From NCBI GenBank assembly GCA_973895155.1, contig OZ316894.1, positions 17,762,563-17,826,562 on the forward strand: a stretch of 64,000 bases of DNA, in the 5' to 3' direction. Shown here in pieces: positions 14,990 to 27,060 of the stretch. This stretch comes from Marsupella aquatica (Eukaryota; Plantae; Marchantiophyta). The notes beneath the pieces are model-generated. The model was not told where the DNA came from and did not search any database. It saw nothing but the letters and a program-made list of their open reading frames with translations. The number at the start of each line of letters is the position of its first letter. Position 1 is the first letter of the stretch. Position numbers and translations under genes: made by a program.

Positions 14990-15560
14990 AATGTTAGATT
15001 CATTGGAAAGATGGATATATTTGGAAACTCCTGACCTTGTAGGATTTGATAAAATTTCCTAATGTCACACTCATTGGAAAATAAGAAAAAACTACAAACC
15101 CATAATCTCCTTATTACTTGACCAATTTTGTCAATGTTAGGTTCATTGAAAAGCTAGAGAAATTTGACAACTCATAGTCTCTTTAGTACTCAACAAAATA
15201 CTCAACAATATCTATCAATGTTTGGTTCATTGGAAGCTAGAGCAACTCATGATCTCCTTTGAGTTTCTGAAATTTTATGTTTTTCCAATGACCGTGACAT
15301 TAATAGATGTGGTTAAGTCCTACAAAGACCATGAGTTTATGAATTCTTCTAGCTTTCCAACATTGAGTCCAATATTGACAAATTTCATGCTAGATTTAAT
15401 CAAGTATTAAGGAGAAGATGAATTTTGAATCTGTCTAGCTTTCTAATGTGTGACTTTGGGAGTTTCACGGTCATTGGAAAAACATAAAAATTCAGAAACT
15501 CAAAGGATACTTGATGAAATCTGCCAGTGTGAGGCTCATTGGAAACCTACATATAAACTC
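14990..15560. repeat. Degenerate repeat array in both orientations
   Basis: Recurrent tcattggaaa(gctag) and its reverse complement (ctagctttccaa, tttccaatga). Confidence 0.6.
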
Positions 15561-15831
15561 TATCTAATGTTAGCCTGTATCTATGCCTAGTCTTTGCCCA
15601 GTATTTCTTTGCCCATTATTCCTCAGGATGGTTAAAGTCACATTGAGGTAGACCCAAACCATGTGATGGTAAAATTGGTTGTAATGGCAACCATTGGAAT
15701 ATTGGATGTGAAGGAGCTAATCTGGGTTAGTTTTCTTAACCCACAAACAAAAGTGGTGGTGTACTGATAAATAAAAATAAATAGTGACAAGGTATGTATT
15801 ATGCCAAAAAAGAGTAGTAAATCGCATGTTA

Positions 15832-15986
15832 ACACAAAGAGCACATTTGGGTCACATTTGAGCCTACTAGTGTACACAAATACTAGTGTCACACAAAGTG
15901 CACATGTGGGTCACATTTCAGCCTACTAGTGTAGATAAATCTTAGTGTAACACAGAGTGCACATGTGGGTCACATTTGAGCCTACT
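15832..15986. repeat. ~58-bp tandem repeat, about 2.7 copies
   Basis: acaca.ag.gcacat.tgggtcacattt.agcctactagtgta repeated. Confidence 0.88.
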
Positions 15987-16068
15987 GTAGAATGTTTGAC
16001 AGGAGATGAGAGATTATGACCCTCCGGTGAACATTGGTGCAGCTCGAGCTAATGTCTTGGTAGCGTTT

Positions 16069-19000
16069 ATGAACTGGACTACGATAAGGAGATTGCAGAG
16101 GGCGAGGACTGGTGATACCTTGAAGCAATTTTCGCAAGCTTCATCTCAGATTTACCAGTTTCTGTGCGTCGCGAGTAATATTACCAATAGCTGCGCTGGA
16201 AAGGACCGACATTTCAACTCATCTCAGCAGGTGCGAATAACCGCTGCTGGTAATCACACATTAAAATGTGGCTGCATTCATTGATTGAAAGAAAAAAACT
16301 AGGGTTATCACGGTATGCAGGGGTGTCGTACATCGTTATATATCATATTGTGATGTGCAGTTACAGAGACCCGCGAATAACTCTCTTAATTAAGACATTG
16401 CAGAGCTTTCATCGCAGAGCTTTCCTCATAGCTGAAGCAGTGAGAAACAGACCTCTGTCTTGCCGAGTGTAAGGAGAGCATAAATTCTTGATTGAGAATC
16501 CTGCTTAGTGTTTAAAGAGTGAATGAACTAATGATTTGAAGTGTCAGTGGGAACTTGCAAAGCCCTCCGAGAAATTTGAACTCCGGTCCTCGTTTATGAC
16601 AGGTGAATGCTGCGACAGAGGAGATGGCTACCGAAGATGATGTTGGAATTTCGTGCTACATGACTAAAGCTCCTGGTTTTCGTGGAACGTTAAAGCAAAG
16701 GTGGAGTGGTTAAACTCTTTGCATTGCTAAACCCTAGAATCGTCTAGGGTTTAGCTCCATGTTGAAAGCAGAGTAACAGTCGACCGAGAAGCAGTTGAGA
16801 TTTTTTGGTCAAGTTATGTCATCTTAAAAAAGGAGTTCGATGAAATATTTTTCGGGCTCAGCCCTTTGAGAAGAGACGAGAAGAGAAGAGAAGAGAAGAA
16901 CCTGTTAATAAAATCTGATTTATTTTGCACTTACAAGCGCGACCTACCGCTGTCTGTCGGGTTGTGGAGTTCTGGATAAATCCCTGTTTTCTAGTTAAGT
17001 TACACCTTTATAAGGGGATGATTTCCACCGATATATATATGAATTGCAACCGTTGTCCTGGTCTATATCTATATTCCCAATTCTCAACTGTAATTGAATT
17101 AAATCAGTTGGAGGACATAGTCAAAGTTCACCCTCTCACTACTCAAGGTGTCTTGAATGACGAATGATAGTTCATGCATGAAATTCTGCATGATATTCCA
17201 ATATCTGCTTATACTCTCCTTTGATTTTGGATTTGCGCATTGCAGATACTCTGACTTTATAGTTCATGAAATTAGCTGCAATGGAACAGTAATCCGGCTA
17301 ACTAGTTCGGATCCGCCGCCTGATGAGTCTCCCGCCGAGGTAACTCTTGCAGGACCTGGTATTTCTAGTTCCTCTTTCATTCTGATCTCCTCCATATTTT
17401 CTCTGGCTTTGCAAATGGTCGTATTTCCTACCACTGAGAGATTCCAAATTTCCTGTTGACTTCTGCCTCTATTGTGTGTGTTTCATGTAATAATTGGCAA
17501 CTTGTGTGTCCTCACGTTCGTTGCAGAATTTATCTGCTCCAGAGAAGACTGAAATTGTGCCTACATCTGATGTAAACACAGTAGGCCCTGATATACTGCC
17601 ATCTGAAGATGCCGACACCATTGAAGCCTTTCGAATCCTCGTCGGTGATGAAGACACAGAACAGTTGAAAACTCTGCTTAAAAGAATTGAAGAGAAGGAG
17701 ACTGATATGGCTCCGGTATTGCTGTCACCAGACTCAGACAAGGCACACCGAGCGGCAAGTTGAAATACTCACAATCACTGTAGGTTTGCTTTTCTAGATT
17801 TGTTCTGGTCCTGTTGTCATGTTAGATGACTTCACCGGATTCAGAGAAGGCAGAATAAATGCGAATTCAAAAACACGCTTGTGCCGTAGGTTTGTCTTTC
17901 TTCATGTGATCTGATGGCGTTGTTCAACCATAGAAAAGATTTTGATTACAGTTTGATCCTAGCGTCTGAATGCACTGATACCATTTTGTTGAGATGCAAT
18001 TTGTGTCCGATTGTGAACCTGGAATTTTCAAGTTATTTCAAAATACGTTTTTCCTGTTGTGGCTGAGACATCGGACTCATATCATTTTGTACTCCACAGG
18101 CTGTACATAATTTTTTCAAAGGCAAATTTTCATTCTTGGTGACAGACACCATCGATGGACCCGGTGACTCTGCAAGTAGCAAGTGTGTTCGCGTAAGATA
18201 TTTTTGTAATAAACGTGGGGGTTCTGGAAGAGGCCAAGGAAATAAGAGAGACCTAGAATGGAAGGGAAGAAACTCCAAACGTAGAAAGGGAGGCCAGTCT
18301 GAGGATACCGTTGTCCCCTTTGACAGCAGGGGGAGAGATGATCGAACGCTGCAGACACACAAATTTCTACTGTAAGTGTACGTCAGATTTACCAACGGTG
18401 GTGTTGTAAACTATTTTTGCAACGAGAGTGGAGTTTTTGACCTTTTTTTTTGTTCCATATTCTGTTGGGATATGAGATGATATTCAAACATTTCAGAACT
18501 GAGATAACGATGTGAAGAATAATCTTCTCGAGACCGCATTTCTTGCGAATGTGATATAATACGCTCACAAATGTAATTAGCAGCACCCGAAGAAAAGCGT
18601 ACGAGGCAAAGTTTAGCATCAGTTTGTAATGGAAAGACTTACATTCTAATTCCATTGAGGAACGAACCACTACAATGTGTAACCTGTACGTTGTAAGTTC
18701 CCAATATAAATGCGCTGCTGGATTGTACTGTGCAATGCTTTGGCATCGCAGGTTCCATCTTTTCAAGGAGAACAAAAACACACAAGATGCGTTGATGGTG
18801 ATAAGTCGTATGCTAGGTGTCCAGGTAAGCCGGTTTGCATACATTTTCTGGACATTTCTGTCAAGTTCGACCCTCGCTTAACCTTGACATGGAAAAGTTT
18901 TATTATACGATCTCGTTTGACTGTCAGTCTCATCTCATAATCTAAACATATGTGATGGTGCTCTTGTTAAATGTTTTCCTCGTACCTGAGCTTGTTAACT

Positions 19001-22000
19001 GGTGAAGCTTTCTAAGTTTGTACTCTTGGCGTGCTGGATCGCAATTTGTGTATTCAACTCTAGTATCTTGCATGCCTACAATCTGTATGGGAACACATGT
19101 ATTCATAATTTTGCTAATTGTACTGTCTGTGGGCTCACATTGTTGTTCTCGTCTCTCATGGATTGCAGCCAAAGTCGTTTGGTTTTGCGGGCACAAAAGA
19201 CAAACGGGCTGTTACAACTCAGCAGGTCTATTTGAAATACTCACCATTTCTCTGTTCGTCTTTGTCTTCTTTTACCATTTTCTACTTGTTGACCAGCAAC
19301 AAGAAAGCTTTCTCCCACATTTCGTCGGGATAGAAGCGATTACACTCCCGTCACTCTAGCACATGTGCCATAGCCTGGTTCTTACAAATAGGGAAATTGT
19401 AGGACTTATAGCCGGTCATTTCTATTTCGAGGACTTACTAGTTACAAATACCTTTTCGAGCTGGATTACATGGCAGTTTTTTCGTATACATCTCTACAAT
19501 CAGAATTTAGATGGAGCACCTAACTCCAAGGAACTAGGTGAGATGTTTCGTAACGGTAGCTGAGGTTGCACGTGTCTTTTCCAGGTAACCGTGTTTAGGC
19601 AATCTGCAGCCAAGTTAGCCTCACTAAACTCACGCCTTTTTGGAATTAAAGTTGGCAATTTCAGGTTAGCCTTCCACAAAACCGGTTTTGGCCTCAACTC
19701 ACATATCAAGTTCGCAGGATTCCTAAAATTTTGTAATGACAAATCGGTGTCCCATGCTTTGTTTCGTGGTTCTGAAACGAATCGTGCAAAAGTTTCTCAT
19801 TGGGTGTTGTGTTTTTGGGTTTATTGTATTCATTATAATGGACCTCCAGCGAATACGTTCAAAGCCTCCTGCAGCACAATAGTATACGTTCATGAATGTT
19901 TCACATAATAGGATAACCGTTTACGGTTTGAATGTTGGAGTGAACTTCCACAGCTACGTTGAGAAGTCTCTCGGCCTTGGAGAGCTTGCCGGGAATCAAT
20001 TTACAATAACTCTGCGGTTTGAATCCATCTTGTCCTTGGCTTGTCAATAGTACCCTGAATCAGAAGTTCTAAACTAGTCGTGTATCTGTTATTCATCTGT
20101 ACAATGTCTGTTTGCATTGGATTCCGATTTGTTTTTATGAGTACCTGATATATGGTTGCTACTCCAATAGATTGCCGTATTGAAGTGAGTTCAGTAAAGT
20201 ACGATATAGCATCACTAACCTGGCTCTTGTTATTCCATTCTGCACAGAAATATTGTAGCTGAGAGTGACGATGTTGTTCCTGAGGCTGCAAAGGAGCTCA
20301 AGGAGAGAGGCTTTGTCAACTATTATGGCCTACAGGTATGAAGAAGGCTTAGACTTTGTCCCACAAGCAGATCGACGCATATCTTTGAAAATTCTGCTTC
20401 ACTTGCGTGTTTTCCAATGAATGGGTCAAAGGAGAAAACTTGGTGTCAAACGCCCTCTGTCCTATTGGTTAATTTGAGAAATGTAGTCCGCTTGAGGTGG
20501 CGAGAGATATTGCCTTATTGTACTTCTTATTTACTGGTCATATGTAGATATAGATGGTGAATGGGGAAGTACGGTAAGTCAGGGTTTCTGGATTGAAACT
20601 AGATATTCCTTTCATTGAAGGATTGATGTGATCGCCGATATGTTCAATGTGAGACTCCTGGAGCGCTGGACAGCCTTTCCTTTGGTAGCTCGTTTACTCC
20701 TTTGTTTTATCTTTCCTCTCATCATGTGTCCACAGGTATCTTAAGCTGAGAAATCCCTCTCCTTCCTTTCATGTGCCGTTTATAGAATGGGAAATCATTA
20801 CTCTCCCTTTCGTCTTTCGAATAGGATGACTTATTTTGTGGTTTCCTCCATCTCTTTGTCACCTTTACTTGACTGTAATAAGGGTACTAATCCATCTTTT
20901 GATCTTGGGCAGAGGTTTGGAAACAGTGCTGTCGCCACACATACCGTGGGGGCTGCCCTACTGAGGGGTGAGTGGAAAACAGCAGTGGATCTAGTGCTGC
21001 AGCCACGAGAAGGAGATATCCTGCCCTAGTTTCCTTTCATCATAATTTTTAGCCTCTGTAGCCTTGTGTCCTGCAATGCATGATTGGAGCGATCCTGGTG
21101 TTTCGATTGTGTCGATGTGGTAACTCTTAACATGTAGCACACAGCTGGCAGAAATTGCCAAAGCTCGGAGCGACTTTCAAAAGACAGGAAACGTGGATAG
21201 AGCATTACAACAATTTCCTCGCCAACTAGGATCTGAACGAGCTTTGGTGAGGAGTCCTACGTTTAGTGACTCCTATCTAGTTTGGGTCATCTTGGGATAG
21301 AATTGAGTGAACTTTTGTGTTTGTCTGCATTATGCCATTGACGATTTACAACTTCATCCGATATATCTCTCTGGGCAACTACTAATTGTTTGCTCTCGTT
21401 TGTTCTGTCAAGCAGCTTGGTGGCCTTAAGAAAAACCCTGGGAATTGGCTGATGGCCTTTAATTGCATTCCTAGGCCTATGAGATTAATGTATGGAAATC
21501 TGTTTGGCAATTCACTCCTATGCAAGCCCCTGACGCTCTCTAACTGGAAAGCAGGGCAATTGAATTTTCCTATGCTGTTTGTAGTTTAATTGATGGGTAA
21601 CATTCATTGCCGTGCATGCTTTTCTCAAATTTCCTCTTTCCTGCAATCCTTCTACTTCACATTCAGAGCTTGAAAAGTTGTTGTTCTCCCATGGTATTAC
21701 AACAGGTTCGTTCATAGTTATCAGAGCTATCTGTGGAACTGTGCAACTAGCTATCGGCTGAAAACATATGGTGAGTTTCTGTTCTAAGAGGACCACTGTG
21801 GGATCACATCTTACTCAAGCTCAGTTATTATGTTTGACGTGATAAATTCTATCCGGACATCTAATATATCTGACGGTTTTTGATTATTATGTAGTTGGAG
21901 TAACTGAGTAGTTCCCGTGTAATTGGAAATCTCTCCATAAAGTCACCGACGTTTTGACTGAACATAGTCAAGTTAGGTGGTGGGACTGGCTGCATAGACT

Positions 22001-24668
22001 CTGTATTAGTGGGTAGGGTATAATGAAGTATTACGACCATATTCTAGAATCTCATGGTAGGATGCTATATATGAGGGAGGGAGGGTGGGCCGTGTACAAA
22101 GGAGGGAGCACGTTGGCAGGACAGTGCGTACGAGGAAGGCAGGGTGTACCGGTGGGTAGTACACAAGGTAGGGAGCGCATGATTTTGTGTATTCCTTTGG
22201 AGAATGGTACTGGGAAGGGAATGTTACTAGCGGTGGAAGGGTGTGTTTTCGGTTTTTTTCTGGGTTTTCCGGTAATATTGTTCTTTGCCAGGAGAGGAAG
22301 GGGGTGGCCTGCACCCGATGATGAGGGCAAGGGCGGAAGGCCCCAGGGGTGGGGTGGGGTGGGGTGCGTTGCAGTGCTGTGCGGTGAGCGAGGGGAGGAA
22401 GGGAAGAGCGTGGGGTTTTGAAGTGTCGTTTTTTGATTTTGGGTTGGGAGGAGGGGGAAAGGATTTCCTTTTATTTCTTTTATTTGTTGTTGGTTTTTTT
22501 TTATATTCTTTGGCCAGGGGAGGAAACCATACCGTCTCCCTTCGCCCCTACCTATAACAACCCCTTCCGTCCCCTCCCCCCCCCAAAAAAAAGAAAGCCA
22601 CTCTTCCCACCTCCTCCCTTCCCCTCCCTCGCTGCCGCACCCTATGGCAACCCACCTCTGTCGCCGTCCGCCCTCACCCCCTCGCCCTGTGCCCCAACCT
22701 TCAAACTACGACACCTCCTCTTAACACAGATAGGCATGTAATTTTGTTTAATCGTTTGCGACCTAGTTTTGATTCGCAAAGTAGAACCACCCTTCTTCTT
22801 AACACATCTAGGCATGTAATTTCGTTCAGTCGTTTGTAACTGACCCCCTCGGTCAAGGGCCTTGTACTTATTATTACTATTTACGCGTGTTTTGTACATG
22901 TCCTGAGCAAGTTCGTTGTGATATCAGGGACAGAGAAAGTTGTAGAAGGGGATCTTGTCAACTGTGAGGATGTAGAGCGTAAGGCTGCCTCCAAGAATAT
23001 TGCGAATTGTCTTGACAATATCCAAGTAGTGGTCACTGATGCAAATGAGGTTTTAGACGACTTCGACTCGCCTGAAGCTGATGGTACCTCTGAAGATATA
23101 CGCAACGTCAAGGTATGACCCAATATATCTCTAGTGTTTACAGCTCAGGCTTGTAGTTTCCTACCTTCAAATCAATCACTCCCATTTATTGTTCTAAAAT
23201 CCTTTGCAACTCTCATGGGAGTGAGACCGACCTTTTGAGAGCAGTGTAAAGTCTTTGTTTACTTTCCATCTCTCTGTAACCTCGATGTTTTGTGGGTGTT
23301 GTTTCAGCTGGTCACAGCAGAAGACGTCATCTCTGAAAAGTATACAATGGCAGATGTTGTTCTACCACTACCTGGGTGAACATTTATCCCTCTCCGTTGG
23401 ATATGAAATTTTGTGTTGTTGTCAGATCCTTCGCCAGTTGTTCAAGGTTTTCTAACTAATTTGTGAATCTAGTATAATACTTGACTCTGCTATTCTGCAT
23501 TGTTGATCGAAAAGTAGGCTTGAACTGAAAACTATCGCGTTGTTTTGTAGCTCGTCCATCTTATACCCCACAAATAGCACAGCTAATGTTTATCGGGAAT
23601 TGGCAAGCAAGGTAGGCAAGCAAACCCATGAATTGTACAAGCTAACTGTCGATTAGCGCTGTCAACATGAAATACTTCAGACTCGTGTGTATACTCACGG
23701 AATAGTTTTCTTACCCTTGCTTTGTTTAATTGCGACAGGATGCCGTGGATCTAACAAGTTGTCCACATTCCGTGAAGTAGGTATCTATGAAGAGCGACTC
23801 CAAAGTCCTCAATGTCTGAGGACGATAATTTGTTATTTAAAAATTGTTATTTAATCTACATGTTTACTGTTTGTCTTGAGCACTTCGAGCTTCAATTCTT
23901 AATGGATGTTCTAGATTCTGTACTAGTATTTAGTTGTTGTCCCGTAAATGCAATGCAGGGATTACTCAATATCACATATGACAGGAGGTTATCGACGCGT
24001 TGTTCAGAAACTCAAAGATTTTCACTGGTATGGTTCTTGTATGTCTGTGTATGAACGTTAGTTTGACATTAAATCTTTGTTAAGGTTTAAAAAAGTACTC
24101 GCTTTCCTGTGCAGTCCGTGTTTCGCCCGATTATATTATTCGAAGCCGTTGCTTGCCATTCAGATTTACCTGGGACTTGAGCTGAAATAGTCTTCCGTTT
24201 GGTTAATACCGTACAGGAAAATGCTGGCTTATGATGATATCACTCTACCGTTGAGCGAGACAGACTTGGACTCTATTATGAAATCCGAAAAGCAGGGAGA
24301 GCACCAACCAAGTTCCAGGAAAGCAGATTCTGAGCCAGAGACCTTTCCCGCTAAAGCTGGATACGGGTTGTATAAGGCGCTTCAGTTGCATTTCACGTTG
24401 TCTACTTCGAGCTATGCCACCATGGCTATTCGTGAGCTATTGAAAACATCTACTTCAGTAAGTTCTAAAAGTGAAGTGTGACCTCTTGCTCTTTGCGGAC
24501 TGCATGGGTTGTGATTTGCCAGAAAGGTACTGTAGTCTGGCTTTTGTCCTTGTAGTAGGTAATAGGACATCTAGAGCTAACCAACTGCATTGTATTTCTG
24601 CTGTGCAGGTGGCCTTCCACAAGACACTGAATGAGGAAGGAGAAATTTCATCACCGAAAAGGACATAG
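16069..24668 (+). CDS. PUS7: Multisubstrate pseudouridine synthase 7 (TruD family)
   Basis: Exons: [16069-16230 putative], 16603 (core ATG 16624)-16700, 17246-17339, 17527-17754, 18100-18371, 18752-18824, 19169-19225, 19585-19664, 19954-20016, 20248-20335, ~20913-21015, 21143-21246, 21416-21489, 21706-21770, 22928-23112, 23308-23375, 23551-23611, 23739-23776, 23959-24027, 24217-24457, 24609-24668. TruD motifs: GFRGTLKQRYSDFIVHEI, FAGTKDKRAVTTQ (catalytic Asp), GNQFTITLR, GFVNYYGLQRFG, FVHSYQSYLWN, GGYRR, FTLSTSSYATMAIRE. Confidence 0.95.
16726..16755. promoter_or_regulatory. Palindromic pair of telo-boxes (AAACCCTA) in an early PUS7 intron
   Basis: gctaaaccctaga-atcg-tctagggtttagc, a perfect 13-bp inverted repeat. 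Confidence 0.5.
21016..21142 (+). other. U12-type (minor spliceosome) AT-AC intron in PUS7
   Basis: 5' site ATATCCT, branch-like CTCTTAAC ending 11 nt before the terminal AC. Removal gives in-frame QPREGELAEIAKAR. Confidence 0.85.
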
Positions 24669-26599
24669 AAGGACCAGGCTTGTAGCGCACCTTCTGAGGC
24701 TAGCACGAACGAAAGGAAATTATTTGTACTGCCTTCAGGTTACAAGAGTTGATAAGTTGACCTGCCCTTTTGACCAACATGTACTCATTAATTACTGGGA
24801 TGTTCTTGATGTAGTTTCTGTCCTTTCGCTCCAAATTAACGGAGCAGGTGACGGAAAAAGTCTTCATGTTCAATCTGAACGATATCATGAACTGTACCAA
24901 TTTATCATTACCTTCATTCTAAGAAGCATCAGGATACGTGATTGAACAATTCTTCAACAAAGTGCCAAAATGCTTTTTCAATCATTCAGTCTAGCGGCAA
25001 GTTTTCACGTGAAGACCTGGCGCCCAGATGGTCCTATTTGAGGTATTTTGTGCTCAATTTAATAGAGTACTGCATTTGTTCCGTTGTAAAGTGTATAACC
25101 CTTCGCATTTATCTGCTGAATTGTGTCTTTCTAGAGGAGAGACAAGCACTCGGTGTAGATATTTAGGAAGGGGTAGAAACGTCAGAACAAAAGATAACAC
25201 AGAGTTCTAGAGAGTATCGTGGTAGAGTGGTCAAACAAGTCGGGAGACGGCTTTAATACTAGTTGTTCTCCATTTTCCATTTCACTTGATATGGCCGCTT
25301 GGCAAACACTTGATCCGTGTCGAAGGTTCCTGCAGCGGCGAAGTTTGTACAGTATGGTTGAATCCAATACGACCGTATCCAATATTCTTTATTCGATCTG
25401 CTAACAGGTACCTTACGGTACATGGTACGCCGAAATCCTGTATGGGAGTGTGGGCGGGGGTGGCTATTCAAACAGTCGTCCACAAGACGGTACTTTTTAC
25501 ACTGAAGAGATGTGGAGTCCACACTCTGGATTGTGGCGACCACAGTCCACAGTACGATGCTGTAGATCAACCCAGATCTTGGCAAGTACAATTCGAAGGG
25601 CTTGTGTACCATGCTATAGATTAGACGTGACCTTTTCCAACCACAGGTATTCATTGAACTGTGGACTGACCTTGGCAGCCACAGGTCTTCCTGAGTTGTA
25701 GACCTGAGCATGGCAGCTACAGGGAGCTGTAGGTCTGTAAGGTAGTGAATTGCTTCTAAAAGTATGCCAAAGTACTTGTGAAGCTTTATCGAGCTAAACA
25801 ATTATTGTTTGGTATATGCAGTCCTTTTCCTGAGCTTTCGTTGGACAGACGATGCTAGATAGGAGGGATGATTTGTTCGTTGGAATGGAAAACTCGTCTA
25901 TGAGTGGGTCACCCACAACCGTTGCAGCGCACATGGCGCAGGAACCTAGGCAGCAGTCACCAGGGCCCCACTGAACGACACCATGCGAAAACCAGAAAAA
26001 GCGAGAACGAAGAAAAGGACACAGCAGAATCAGTATCAAGACAGAATTGGCAAAAGATTTAGGAAACATGGGAATCATTTACTTTATGTCATCCCGGAAA
26101 GAAATTAAGCTTTTCTGGTGACAAACTAGAATTTGATACTTTCCCCCAAGTCTCCCTTAAAACAGGGTACAGCAGTACAAAAGCAGACGTTCGACCGAAC
26201 TCACTTGAACTCACTTGCTCAGAGATGCATATGTTCACTCAATTGACAAACTGAGATTAGGAATCCACAGAATCGGCCAGAAGCCCACCAAGTGCATGTA
26301 TAATTCCAGCCAGAGCACACAGCTCCTCAGCACAGCCCACTAGCGCATCTCAGACCTAGTTAATCATGAGCAGCCCAGAATGTACCCTCATAATCACGAA
26401 GACCATATCAGCAACATACTTTCAGAAGCATTTGAACTCAACTGCTAAACTTTAGGTACTGAATCGTGTTCTTGCTTTTGAAACGTGGCAAGAACACGAT
26501 TCAGAGGAGAGTGGCGAACCGTTCTCCTAGACTGACTAAATCTTCAGCTCTCACGGATATTCAAAATGTTTCAACCCAATGCACGTTAGGAAACCAAAA

Positions 26600-27060
26600 A
26601 ATCTCAGATCTAGATCATGGCAGAAGACTCATGTAAAGTGGGTGGACTGTTACGTAGGCATGGATCGTAGATGAGTTGAGGGTTGCCTTAATCGAAAAAC
26701 TTACAATTTGAACAGGGGGTGAAACTGCCAGAAGCGATTTGGGAATCTCAGATCTAAATTATTGGAGAAAACTTATGTAAAGTGGACTGTCATTTAGGCA
26801 TGTGTCCAGGGTGAGTTGAGCACTCTCTCTTTGATGAACTACTCACGATTCAAATAGGGGCTGAGCTTGCCGGAAGGGATGTGGACATGCTTTGATCTAA
26901 GTCACCAGAATTTTTACTGGAGTAGAGAGCGACAATTAGAATGAGATAACTTTGGGAATGAGACAGCGTCGAGTTCATAGATACTGGGTAAGTTGAGCGT
27001 TGTCTGTCGGTTGAAATACTCAGGTTTCGAGTAGGGCTGAAGTTGGGCTGCGGTATGTGC
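26600..27060. repeat. Degenerate ~145-bp tandem repeat, about 3 copies
   Basis: atctcagatcta.at.at.g.agaa.act.atgtaaagtgg...gagttgag...a.agggg.tga recurs. Confidence 0.65.

Noticed and set aside
22006-22741. Several overlapping Gly- or Pro-rich ORFs
   Set aside because: By-products of low-complexity intronic sequence.
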